Positions 43,301 through 58,292 of a stretch of DNA of 64,000 nucleotides are shown here, piece by piece (the stretch's first letter is position 1; every line of letters starts with the position of its first letter). Where the stretch lies: the NCBI RefSeq assembly GCF_009914755.1, contig NC_060946.1, one strand, 5' to 3'. Source of the stretch: the human T2T-CHM13v2.0 reference genome, Homo sapiens. Position numbers and translations under genes: made by a program. The notes under the pieces were generated by a model. That model worked only from the letters and a program-made list of their open reading frames with translations. It had not been told where the DNA came from and did not search any database.

Positions 43301-43494
43301 CTAAGAGATTTTCTGTGTGCACAGTCATACTGACTCACGTCTAAGAGATTTTCTGTGTCCAGTCATACTGACTCACGTCTAAGAGATTTTCTGTGTGCAC
43401 AGTCATACTGACTCACGTCTAAGAGATTTTCTGTGTGCACAGTCATACTGACTCACGTCTAAGAGATTTTCTATGTGCAGAGTCATACTGACTC
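40307..43494. repeat. Large minisatellite/VNTR, 40-bp unit (38-43 bp variants), about 75-80 copies
   Basis: Unit tcacgtctaagagattttctgtgtgcacagtcatactgac; copy number estimated from length. Confidence 0.99.
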
Positions 43495-45950
<2,456 letters not shown>

Positions 45951-46059
45951 AGAAAGCCTCAGAACCGCAGTTCCGCGCGGCATCCTTACGTCCTGCGTGG
46001 TCTCCTGTTGTATTTCTAGCTATGCTACAAAGTACACTGCGAATAATTTTGCTTCAAAT

Positions 46060-46235
46060 ACTGTTATTTAAATATTTAATTATCATTAATTAATATGCTA
46101 AATAAGATTATTTTAAATATATGTAATATGTTTTATTTTACATTAAACATTTATTTTATATTGCAATTTTGTATTAATATATTATATTGTATGCTAAATA
46201 TATCTTTAATGTATTTTAAATTAATATAACAAATG
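46060..46235. repeat. AT-rich low-complexity tract
   Basis: Almost only A/T. Confidence 0.75.
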
Positions 46236-47783
46236 AGATTATTTGAGTTATAGGGTCCTTGCTACTTTATGCTCAGATTCACAGTTTCTCAGCCACTGTC
46301 TTTGAATCCACAAATGCCTTCAGAGAAAAAGCTTCAGCATTCACACCCAGCCATGGCCGTTCACGTCCCACTCAGCACGTCTAAGCCAGTCTGTGCTGCT
46401 CCCTGGCCCAGACCTGTTTTTCCTCTGTCACCCTCTCCTCTGAAAGGGGCTCCAGGCTCCCTCAACTCAGCCCATCAGATATGAAGCTGGGGTCCTCCTG
46501 ACCCCACACTCTCTTCCATCGGGGGTGATCTCTGCCTCACTGTCCTCACGCAGCCCCAGCTCCGGCATTGCACTCGAGGCCACCCGGAGCCCCATCTCAC
46601 TCTCTCTGCACTCTGCCAGGCACTGCGAGAGGCATGGCTTTCAGCGGCACCCCCGAGAGAGGCCTCCCTAGCCAGGGTTTGCCCGCGGACGCCGCCCAGC
46701 CCTCCCTCCACGGTGCCCTGCACACTCTACCGGGAAGCAGCAGGGGCTCATGAGGGCGTCACGCCTTGCTCGGCTGTGAGTCTTGTCCATGGGGGTGATC
46801 TCAGGACCTGCGCCTGATGCACTCAGGAAACACTCGCCAAGACACACATGGGCCCTCACACCACAAGAAACAGCCCAGGCAGTGTGAAGAGCAGTCATCG
46901 CCATTCTTGTCTATGTTCACTCAGAATGACCCACAAAAATACACCTGCCCACGTGCCAGAGCGACCCTCCCTGGCCAGACCGGGCATGAACGGAAGGCAT
47001 GAGCATTTGAGACACTAAATTAAGATTACAGGATCAACCCCTGTAAAGCTAGGAGGCAGAAGCCAATGTGGAAATTGGAATTACTTTTGTGTGGGTGCCA
47101 GCATGTCTCCTCTGGGCAGAGACAAACCAGGGCTGGCGATGGTTAATTCACACGGAGTGTGTTGATTCCCACCCAGGGGATGCGGGCCCACCCCCCTCCC
47201 CATCATGTCTCTCCACCACACAGAACAGTGGCCCCATGACTCTTGTTCAAGCAGACGTCCCTGAATTTCACTTAACCAGGGCACCACAGCTATTCAGGTG
47301 CAATTCTGTGCTCCTTAGCCAAGTGCCTGGCACTCAGAATGTTTCCCATGTGTTGGTTCTCGGAGGGGGAGTTGCGGAAACTACCATCATACTTCAGAGG
47401 GAATTGGGAGGAATCAGCAGCAGCCAAACCAGGACCGTAGGCCCCATCTCTCAGGAGCAGCCCAGGCCAGCGCCGTGGCTCACCTGGCCAGCACCAATTT
47501 GCTGGAAGAAGCCCAATTTGCTCATTAATGCGGGTCCTAGAGTTATCCTGGGAGGTAAACAAGAGGTGATTCCATCCTGTATGACTCAGGAGGCATAGAA
47601 AGTCCTGAAAAATGCATCTTTCCTCCCCATGTGCTCCAGATTCCAGAGCATGATCTTCCCACAAGAAAGCTGTTTTCTATTTTTTCTTGCTTTGAGTTGG
47701 TCCTCTTGCCAACACCCACTCACCCTCTGAAGGGACCCCTGAAACTCTAACTTCTCCAGCTCCCAGTTGGACTTAGCCAAATA

Positions 47784-48226
47784 TGTGTATAATTAAATGG
47801 TGGCAGAAGAAAGTGAAGATATGTCCAGCTCTTAACCCCCAGTGCCTGTGAAGGGGACCTTATTTGGAAATGGGGTCTTTGCAGATGGAATTAGTTAAGG
47901 ATCTCGAAATGAGGTCATCCTGGATTCGGGGCGGGCTGTGAATCTACTGACTGGTGTCCCACAAGAAGATACGGAGAGCTGCAGGGAGAAGTCATGCAAA
48001 GACAGACACAGAGGCTGGAGGGAAGCAGCCACGGCCAGGGGAGTCCTAGAGCCACAGAAGCTGGGAGAGGCAGGAGTGTCTTCCCCTGGAGCCTTCCAAG
48101 GGGAGTGCTGCCCACCAACACCTTGACTTTGGACCTGTGGCCTCCAGGCTATGCGAGATCATGTTTGCAGCTTTGGGCCCCCCAGCTTGTGGCAATTTGT
48201 TGTGGTGACCCTAGGAGATGAGGACA
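47784..48226 (+). mobile_element. MLT1B/C-type solo LTR
   Basis: gaccttatttggaaatggggtctttgcagatggaattagttaagg...gaagctgggagaggcagga...acaccttgactttggac. Confidence 0.88.
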
Positions 48227-49045
48227 CATCGCCATCATTCAGGACATTGTTAAGGGAAATCTGCCATGCACGCCACAGCGGGGACCAGAATTAAAGGAAG
48301 TTGCTGAGGGCCAGTGAGAAGCCATCCCCAAGAAAGCTGGAGCCCAGAGAAGCCAGCAGGAGCTGTGTGACTCTGCCGGTCTGAGAGGTGAGGCCCTGGG
48401 GCAACACGGGGCTGTCTCCACATGAAATCTCTTTCACCAACAAGAGTCAGTGGGCTTCAGAGGGGCTTAGCAGAGGGGCTAGCGTGGGATCCCAGAGACT
48501 ATGAGTTTTCCTGCCAAGCATAGCTCACCTGAAAGAATAGACATGGGACAGAGGAGAAATGTGGAATGGCATTCGGAGAGGAGGCCCAGCAAACCAAAGG
48601 AGACAAGCATCCCAGCGTTTAGCAAAGAGGCCTCGCCGGAAGCAAAGGGAGGCCACGGAGAGACGGAGTTCCCCTGGGCAGGAGGGCATGGCTTTGGCTT
48701 CCTCCCAGGCCACTGGGCAGATCACTGACTGACAGAGGTTGGGGTCACCTTGGACAGCACCCTCCAAGCACCCGCCTGTTTTATGTGATAGAAATAACCC
48801 ACTCAGCACCAACCTGGGAGCTGGACCTGACATCACCTCCACTTTTGGATGAGGAAAGCGAGGGGAAAGGAAAGTGCCCCAAATCCCACCTGTAGTTAGT
48901 GAAGGAGCCAGGGTCAGAAAGGACCTGCCCCACCCCCATGCCGCATCCCGAGGGGCATGGCATGTGGAGACTATACCTGCATTCCCATAGGGTAGGGCTG
49001 GGCAGAGCAGCTATGCCCACCTACCTGCACAGCAGGGGCAGAAAA

Positions 49046-49048
<3 letters not shown>

Positions 49049-49092
<44 letters not shown>
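49049..49092 (+). repeat. Pure poly(A), 44 nt
   Basis: Seen directly; no Alu or L1 body upstream. Confidence 0.95.
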
Positions 49093-49094
<2 letters not shown>

Positions 49095-49764
49095 AAAAGG
49101 GAAAATGTAGTAAAAAGCAGAAGTGGTACTGCAGAGAATCAACTTGGTCCATGGAGGATAAATGAGTGACATGTTCAACATCCCCAGGAAAAGGAAGCAG
49201 GAAAGAATGGAGAGATGGAGAAAGTGAGTCAGAGAGAGAGAGAGATTTGTCCAGGATCAGAGATGTGCCTCAGCCACTCACCACAGGCTCCCAAGCAGAC
49301 TGTGGCAGGTGACTCACCCTCTCTGGGCCTCAGGTTTTCCGCCTGAAGGTGCTGTGCACTGGTAGTGAGTGCTCCTCTCTCTGCATGACTTCCCTGTAGA
49401 GCCTGAGCTACAGACCCACTGAGGGGAGGCGCTCATGAGCAAGGAAGTGACAGAATGGTGGGGAAAGAGGAGGGAGGACAGGATCCAGGACCACAAACTG
49501 CAACCTCCAGATGAGACAGTCCCGGGTCAGTGGGGAGCCATTCTGCAGAGGAGGGGGAGCTGTGAACCTCAAGCTGCATCAGCCTCTGAGCTGAGGTGGA
49601 TGTGTTGGCCCAGAGGTGCATCTTAAGAGGCACCAACCACACCCGCTACAGGGACCTGTGGTCCTCTCACTGAGAATATCTAAGCATAGAATTCATGCTA
49701 TGCCAGTTGGAAAATGAATTCAAAGCCAATGCAATTGTCACAACTCATTCTGAAACAAAAGCCA

Positions 49765-49793
49765 AATAATAATAATAATAATAATAATAATAA
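49765..49793. repeat. (AAT)n microsatellite
   Basis: Seen directly. Confidence 0.95.
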
Positions 49794-49896
49794 CCAATAA
49801 TCCAGACTTAAAGGGATCACACGTGAACACTAGATATTTATCCACCTTGCCCGGCAAGCAGGAGGAAGCATGAAGAGTGCCCCAAGCCATTGTACG

Positions 49897-50256
49897 TGAT
49901 ATGGTTCGGCTGTGTCCCCACCCAAATCTCACCTTGAATTGCAGTTCCCAAAATCCCCATGTGTCATGGGAGGGACCCTGTGGGAGGTAATTGAATCATG
50001 GGGGTGATTTCATAATGGTGAGTAAGTTCTCACAAGATCTGATGGTTTTATAAGGGACTTTCCCCTTCACGCGGCTTTCTTCTCTCTCCTGCCACCTTGT
50101 GAAGAAGGACGTGTTTGCTTCCCCTTCTGCCATGATTGTAAGTTTCCTGAGGCCTCCTCAGCCATGCTGAACTGTGAGTCAATTAAACCTCTTTCCTTTA
50201 TAAATTACCCAGTCTCGGGTATGCCTTTAGTAGCAGCATGAGAACAGATTGATACA
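49897..50256 (+). mobile_element. THE1 (C/D-like) solo LTR
   Basis: tgatatggttcggctgtgtccccacccaaatctca...ctgtgagtcaattaaacctctttcctttataaattacccagtc...ataca; TG...CA ends. Confidence 0.95.
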
Positions 50257-50778
50257 GCACAGGAAGGCAGTGGAGCGGGCCAGCATTGTGTTTGTGTTGG
50301 TCATTCAGGCGCACAGGTGCAGGTCAGCTTTTTTAATGAAGGGTAACCAGTAGAAGAATTAAAAAATAGGACACATTCTTTCTAGATAAACACTGAATTC
50401 TAACTCAAATAAGGTATAGCACTTACGGCCAAAGATTGAAAACCCATTGTACAGCAAGGATGCAAGAAAGAAAAAGACAGAAAGGAACATTTTTAATTCA
50501 AAAAAATCAAAGCAGAAACCATGAGGAGATCAAAAGAACCCCCAGCACAGCCAGCACAGTGGTGAATGCAGGTGCAGGGGCACCGCAGTCACAGAGATGG
50601 GTGAATTCCAGCACTGCCAACCCCAACCTTCCTAAGCACTTAGGACGATTTGGACTCAAAATGAAGGAGGCTGGAACCAGCCCCTCGTGTGTGATGTGGG
50701 GGTCTAGCACTCAGCTGCTCCCTGACTGTGGCCATGATGCAGCCCCCCTCCGTCCCCCTCCTCTCCTACAAAGGGGAG

Positions 50779-51113
50779 TGTCTGGGTCTGCTTGCTGCTG
50801 CGATTGCATCATAAATGCAGCTCCCACAGCTCTGCAGGCTGGAAGTCCAAGACTGAGGCATGGGCAGGCTCTGCGTCTGGTGAGGGCTGCCCTCTCTGCT
50901 TCCACGATGCACCATGCAGTGTGTCCTCTACAGGGCAGTAGGCAGGGAGCTGCCAGCCACACCTGCTAAAGCCGCTGTCCTGAGGGCCTCAATTCCATCA
51001 AGAGAGGAGGCTTCAGAACCTAATCACCCTCACAGGCCCCACATCTTCACCCCATCACACTGGGTGCTGTTTCAACAACTGAATTTTGGAGGGGCCGCAT
51101 TCATGCCACAGCA
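50779..51113 (-). mobile_element. MaLR LTR (MST/MLT1A-type), antisense
   Basis: ggctggaagtccaaga...gtctggtgagggctg...acctaatcacc...tgaattttggagggg. Confidence 0.75.
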
Positions 51114-52591
51114 GGGAGTGTGACCTTGTTTCCCTGGAAGCTGGGGTGAGGAGGAGAGGTAAGGCCATGAGGAGACCCTGTGGTAACTGGCTGGTTTTGT
51201 TTTTTTGAACAAATAGGAAAAGCAAAGAAAAGAATGAATTGATCAAAGCAGAATTATATTCACATCACATCGAGAGACTTTATTTTATGAAATGTAAAAA
51301 CCAGATGAAACTGTTAACTAAATATCGAAACATAGAAGGAAGGACCACAGGGAGATGCCAATCCCACAGACTCTGCCTGAAATAATCCAGGATTCATGTC
51401 ACTTTTTCCTTTAAGTGCTTCAGTGCTGCAGGGACGAAAGGAAGGTAACAGGTGCCCCGAGCAGCTCCTTCCAGGCTGACAGGGGCACCCAGGCGGTTTC
51501 CTTATGGGACCCAGATGGAGCTCCCACGGCTACTGTAGCCCCTGCCACGCCCAGGGAGGAAGCCACAAAGGTGACCTGTTTGCGGGACCCGTCTCAGTGC
51601 CCTCTGCAGGGGGCAGGAACAGAAGCTTCAAGAACTCACCTGGCCCTGGTGCAGGTCTCAGCCTCTGTGTGTTTCCCGAGCAACTCCTCGGGGATGCCTG
51701 CTCAGGCTTTATCCTGCCGTGTGCACGATCCCAATGTCACCATCCAGGAATCAACAGGTAAATATTACATAGCTTAAAAATCATGTTGCAGCATGATATT
51801 CAATGTTCGCATCACCAAATAGCATCACGAACATTTTAATTCACTTTACTGATGTATAAATAATGTGCCATCAAAAGTGTCCAATTGGAAGAGTCATGGC
51901 AAACATATACGCCGGTGTCCCCATCACTGTGGCTGCGATGACAAACATCCTACAGTCAGCAGCAGGCACCAGGGGGCCAGGCGACCCCCATCTTGACATT
52001 GCATTGTTGTGAGGTCAGCCCCTGAGTAACTTCACCCTGCCCGGGGGCTGTGGTCAAATTCTTCAGCTGACACATCTTGGCAGCCATTGTCTGGCAATGC
52101 ATATGCTCACTTCATCAAATCTGTTAAATCTTTGAAATATTTAACAACCTGAGACATGAATGGAACGTGGGACTCTCACTTGCCGGTTGTCAGGGTCTAA
52201 GACGACTGTGTCCTCAAATTTATGCGGGCGAATAGCAATGCCCTTCTAGTTCCTGTTTGGGACGATGTGGCCTGAATCAGGCACTGTTGGAAATTCTCAT
52301 TTTGTGCAATTTCAGGCATATATTGTGACATTTATCAGCTCAACTATCCCTTAAATTCAAGAGTACATTCTTTGTAATTCTTTGAGCAAAGCAGAAAATT
52401 GAACGGTTTGACTGATTTATGTAAGCATTTATAGCTGAGGAAACACAGGAGAAATTCACCCAGAATATTCAATGTCAGAGTAAAAGCGTCTGCAGCTAAA
52501 ATGGAGACAGTTTCCTTGAAGTCCATCCCCGAAGTCTCACACTTTCGTTATATTTTTAATAAGCTGTGGTCTGATTAAAAATAAATTTCAA

Positions 52592-52956
<365 letters not shown>

Positions 52957-53982
52957 TCATCCTTGGCAAACTTCATTCCATACTCCGAGTGAAAGGAAGG
53001 CAGCCATAGTGAGGTTGAGGCAGGGGACATCTGCAGGGGGCAAGACCAGACCTGAGTGGGGCCCCCATCCTCCTCCATTTGCAATAACAGGACCCATAAT
53101 GTAAACCGAAGCCACAGCCAAGCTCCAAACCACCACTGGGAGGCCCCCCGGGTGCCAGGAGTACGGAGGGACAGAGAGAGGGATGAACAGAGAGAGAAGC
53201 CCGTGGGGTGGAGCTCATGGCAGCCCCGGGACAGGGCTTGCAGAGGACACTAGCCAAAAGCTCTGCCGCCCGCTGCATACCCCCTGGCCGGCTTCTCTCC
53301 TCCTGACGGGGCCCTGGGCTTTGGCTCACCCAAAGCTGAAGCAAGCACTCCACACCACCCGTGCCCCTGTGCAACTCACTCGAGCATCGGCCGGCTAGTG
53401 CCCGGGGCCAGCACTGTGATGCCGGCTGTGGACGCGAGGCCTCAGCTCCTCCCCTGTGACATCGTTGTCATCCTGCCCTGTCCTCAGAATGTGGCACCAC
53501 CTTCCTCCAGGGGGAGTTATTGGAGGGGACACAAAGCAGGAGTCAGAGCCCCCCTGGCCTCAGAAGTTGAGCATTAACAGAGACCTGGAGCGGCAGAGAT
53601 TCTGACGCCCTGTGGATGGGAAGAGAAGTGGATATGGCCACTGTGGAAAAGAATTTGGCATAATTGAGCTGTGTCACATATGTGCACAGCCCTCAGATTT
53701 ATTCTTAGGCACGTGATCTAGAGAAACACACACACAGGTACCCAGAAACAGCTCAAGGTGTGTGGCCTGCCCACAACCAATGCTCGTCAGCCCCAGAGCA
53801 ACTGGACCAGGGGATATTCGCTCACCAGAGGGCGGCACGTCGGTGAAAACTCGTGCATTTCCCCCGCACAGGCCAGATGGGTGTCCCTCAGGGAGAGGCG
53901 TCAAGTCCCAGAATCAAATACACGTCTGACTCCATCCGCTTGGCGCTCAAAGGCACCTACAACTCCAAAACATTGTTTGGCG

Positions 53983-54368
53983 CAGCCGTTCTAAAAGGTT
54001 TTGGTCTAGGGGCACCTTTATACACCCAAAGGTTGTTCATGGCACCGGAGAGTTTTGTGATGTGGGTTGTGTCTGTCAATACCCATTGTATTCAAAGCTA
54101 ACATAGGAAGTTTAAAAACATTTTCATTAATTCCTTTCAAAGTAGCAGTCATACACCCATTACCAGTTGATGTAAATACATATTTTAATGGACAATGACT
54201 CTATTTTCCAAAACAAAAAACATTTAGTGATAAGTGAGGCACCCCTTCCTACAGCTGCAAATCTCTCAGATGCCCAGATTCATAGACGGCTTCTGGAGGC
54301 TCAGGCTCATCCTTGCTTCCACGTTCAAGCCGCTGTGAGATCGCACGTCATGTGACTTCTGGAAACTC
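53983..54368. mobile_element. hAT-Charlie (Charlie1-like) DNA transposon fragment
   Basis: ttttggtct...ctttatacac...tattttccaaaacaaaaaacatttagtga...gcaaatctct matches recalled Charlie1 terminal sequence. Confidence 0.7.
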
Positions 54369-55070
54369 ACAGACACACACATCACAGCACACTGAACACA
54401 CACACAGACACATGCACTCCACACACCACACTCTACACACACACCACACGCCACATATGCTACAACATACTCACACACACACAGACACCCACTCCACACA
54501 CCACACACCATATATACTACACCACACACACACACACACAGACACATTCACTCCACACACCACATGTACTACACCACACAAACACACAGAGACACACTCT
54601 CCAAACACCACACTCTACACACGCACCACACACCACATATACTACAAAATACACACACACACAGACACCCACTCCATGCACCGCACTCTACAACACACCA
54701 CACACCACATATACCACAACAGACACACACTCCCAACACTACACACCATATATACTACACCACACACACACACACAGAGGCACACACTCCACACACCACA
54801 CTCCACACCACACTCCACACACTATACCACACATACATCCACATTCCACACACCGCATATGCTACACCATACACACATACACACACACTACACTCTACAC
54901 ACACACCACACACCATATATACTACACACACACACAGAGATACACACTTCACACACACACCACATATGCTACACCACACACACATACACACACACTCCAC
55001 ACACCACACTCTACACACACACCACACACCATATGTACTACACCATGTGCACACACACACACGCACACAC
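54368..55070. repeat. CA-rich low-complexity/degenerate minisatellite
   Basis: About 700 bp of CA/CCA/CTCCA; recurring cactccacacaccacactctacacac and catatatactacaccacac. Confidence 0.95.
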
Positions 55071-57485
55071 TTAAATGCATGCAGACTGGGATAATTGCTT
55101 TAGGAAAAGTGTAGACAACACGATATCCAAGCAGAGAAGAAGGAAAGAGAAGTTTTCTCTGGAAAGAGGTTTGCTTCTGGGAGGAAGGTTTTGCTGTGTC
55201 TACCATGAGAGTGTGTTCGGGTTGGGGAAGTGGAGATGTGTTAGAATCAGGTCCGGGAGGGCTGGAGGCAGGAGGGGTCATGTACACCCGTGCAGGCTAG
55301 GGAGGCCGACGGCGACCTCTGCACACAGGCTGTGCATGGGGCCCCCAAGCTTGGGACCGGCACTGCAGGAGTTTGGCTTCCCCGGCCTGGGCCTGGGGGA
55401 GCCCAGAACAGGCCTGCATGGCCTGAAGGAGGCAGTGGGGCAGATCCACCTAGGGATGGCCGCCTCGCAGAGCCTCCGCCCCGGGGACGGGCAGCACCCG
55501 TGCACCGGAGTCCCAGCAGAGTCCCAGAGACTCAACGTTTCTTTCCTCAGTTAACAAGGTTTGTCCAGAGCAGTGTGTTTTCTACAGAAACTCAGATGTT
55601 GCTCTAAATGGAGTTTCCTGGAGTTCCATGCTGGCCATAAGCCTCCTGTGAATAATGCAGAGAAAAAGGAGATCGCAGTTCGAGCCGATTCCCTCTGCCC
55701 GCCGACTCTAGAAACAACCTCTTCCCTCCTTCTCACGAATCAAGATTCCACGCCACAGGTTAGCATTGCATATGGCCAAGTCAGCAGCCTCTGAACTAAA
55801 TTTTTGATGAATTCAACTGTAAAATATTCACAACCTGGAAATTCATAACGTGATTCATGTTTTTATCATTTTTTTTCTATGTGATCTCATAAATGCAACA
55901 GAAAATATTAGTCATGAGACAACATGAGGTTGGGACCCACATGAAGAAACAGCTCCCCCGAGGAAAATAAAATGAACCTCCTCCCAGGACCCAGACCTCC
56001 CTAGAGGAGCCACGGTGTTTTCGTTTTAAAAGATAGTCAAAATAAATAAAGATATGTGGATGCAGAGCCAGCAGTGGCGGCCGCTCCCTCCTCCGGTTTC
56101 ATTTCGCAGTGGGGATGCTCCTAAATGAACCTGCTCCAGAAACTGAAGTTTGAAATGGAGCTCCTAACTCATTTTGTCACGCAGCTGAGAAATGCCCCTT
56201 TTAATGGAAAGAAACAGAAAAGGACAATTCCATCTTTGATTGATGGACTGCATTACGGGGTATAAATAAAAGGAAGTGTGATAACCTCACTGTGGCACAG
56301 GCCAACCGCAGAGTCCCTAACTGGGGTGGCTGTGTCTACATGGGACTACCAGAGGTGGCCATGCATGGCCTGGTGGTCAGGGCAGGGAGCATCGATGGAG
56401 AGCTTGCACCCCGTGAGTGGGACTGCCAGAGGGCCCCCAAGACATCCCCAACGTGAGCGTTTCACTTTTCAGGTGGGGAAACTGAGGCCCACCATGGTCT
56501 GTCCCACCAGAGGTTGTCTCGTGACAAACCCAGGCACAGGAATTCCCACCCAGGTCTTCTTAGGAGCTAGAACATTCTGCCCACTTCTTCACCATTTGTC
56601 GTCTCCTGGAAATTATTGGAAATTAAAGTGGATTTGTCAACACTCGACTGAGCAATGTCTTTGATGTTGCAGAGGAAATTTGGTCTTTGAATTCGAGTGG
56701 GAGCCCCACTGTCCACCAAGCCCCAGTGGTGTGTCTGGGGCCCTCTCCTGCAGAGCACAGGGCATGGGACGCACTGTGCCGTCATTCCTGCAGGCTGCTT
56801 CCCGGGCCTGGGGTCGCCAGTCTTTTTTGACCACGGGGGATGCACATGGGGAGGCTCTAGGTAGCAGCCGGTGTCCTCGGAATGTCAGAAGCTTCCTGAA
56901 GCGTAAAGCGCGAGGAATTTCTGTTCCTCCCAAGCCTTGACGAAAGGTGGCTCAAACCAAGCCGCCTCTTCCTGAGGTGCAGTGTGAATCCTCGGGTGCT
57001 GACGGCCTGAGTGTCAATATGCCCTGTCTTCAACACACACGAGTTTCTGCGAGCAAAACAAGCCTGGATTGTATTTTGAAGTCACATATTAAAAGTGACT
57101 TTTCAATCATTTAGAACATAACAATCATTCTTGCATTGCACATGGACAGTGTTCCAAGCTTCTGTTTCTGTGGGTGTCCCTGGGCTCCATCTGGGTGACA
57201 GCGATGACCTTGGACCTCCCCGGGGGTGGGAAGGACTGGCCAGCAGCCATCCCCCTCCAGCAGGGCCAGTGTCTGGGGCGCTTCCCTCACTCCCCTCCCC
57301 ACAGGGAGTCCACGAGATGTTCACAAAGTCTAGCTAGCTGCTTCCCAAGCACATTCCTTCCTCCTCCTCCAGGTAATGTCCGAGTGTTCCTGGCAGTTGA
57401 GTGTGGCCACTTCGCTGAGGAGCAGTCTGTGGACTGTCGTAGAAATGAGGCCAAGATCTCCAGGCCTGGCGAGAAAAGCTCCACA

Positions 57486-58292
57486 CGTTACCGGTGAGAG
57501 GAACTCGTGTTGAGTCTGCAGCAACCTCATTTCTTGCCTCCTCAGAGGAAAGAATTCGAACAAGGGGCATCAGGCAGAAGAAGAAAATACTGAGACAAGG
57601 TTTAGAGCAGGAGTGAATGTTTATTAAAAAGCTTTAGATCTGGGTGTGGTGGCTCACGCCTGTAATCCCAGCACTTTGGGAGGCTGAGGCGGGTGGATCA
57701 CGAGGTCAGGAGATTGAGACCATCCTGGCTAACATGGTGAAACCCCGTCTCTACTAAAAGTATAAAAAAATTAGCCAAGCGTGTTGGCAGGTGCCTGTAG
57801 ACCCAGCTACTTGGGAGGCTGAGGCAGGAGAATAGCATGAACCTGGGAGGCGGAGTTTGCGGTGAGGCAAGATGGTGTCACTGCACTCCAGCTTGGGTGA
57901 CAGAGCAAGACTTTGTCTCAAAAAAAAAAACAAAAAAAAAACCTTTAGAGCAGGAAAGAAAGCACACTTGGAAGAGGGCCGGGCAGGTGACTTGAGCGAC
58001 CCAGTGCCCAGCTCGACCTCTTGACTCGGGGTTTATATGCTGACATATTTCCAGGCACCTGTGTTCCTTCTCCCCATGCCTGAGATCTCATCAGGAAGCT
58101 GCTGATCATGAGTTTCAGGTGTTTTCTATCTAGTAGGAGACTGCCTTATCCTGGTGCCAGCTGAGACTATTTTAGAGAAACCTTTAAAAACCGCCTGACC
58201 GACACCTGATGGTTGCCTGACACTCCTGGTGTGTGGTGAGGGGTAGCCCCCTCCTGCCCTGCTCATACCTAGCTAGCTACCCACCATACAAC
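57486..58292 (-). mobile_element. ERV1-type LTR (MER50-like), interrupted by an Alu
   Basis: ttcttgcctcctcagaggaaagaattcga...ttagagcaggagtgaatgtttattaaaaag...cacttggaagagggcc; antisense AATAAA near the left end. Family name recalled, not searched. Confidence 0.7.
57638..57941 (+). mobile_element. AluY/Sc-like
   Basis: gatcacgaggtcaggagattgagaccatcctggctaaca; TSD aaaaagctttag / aaaaacctttag. Confidence 0.92.

Noticed and set aside
40307-43494. CRISPR-like array
   Set aside because: Units are head-to-tail with no unique spacers, there are no cas genes, and the context is primate.
49897-50256. PRDM9 hotspot motif in THE1
   Set aside because: This copy reads cctcctcagccat, not CCTCCCTNNCCAC.
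54313-55094. His/Thr-rich ORFs
   Set aside because: Artefact of CA-rich low complexity.
57351-57378. Recursive splice site (pyrimidine tract CAG|GTAATG)
   Set aside because: The donor part is weak and such motifs occur by chance; no other support.
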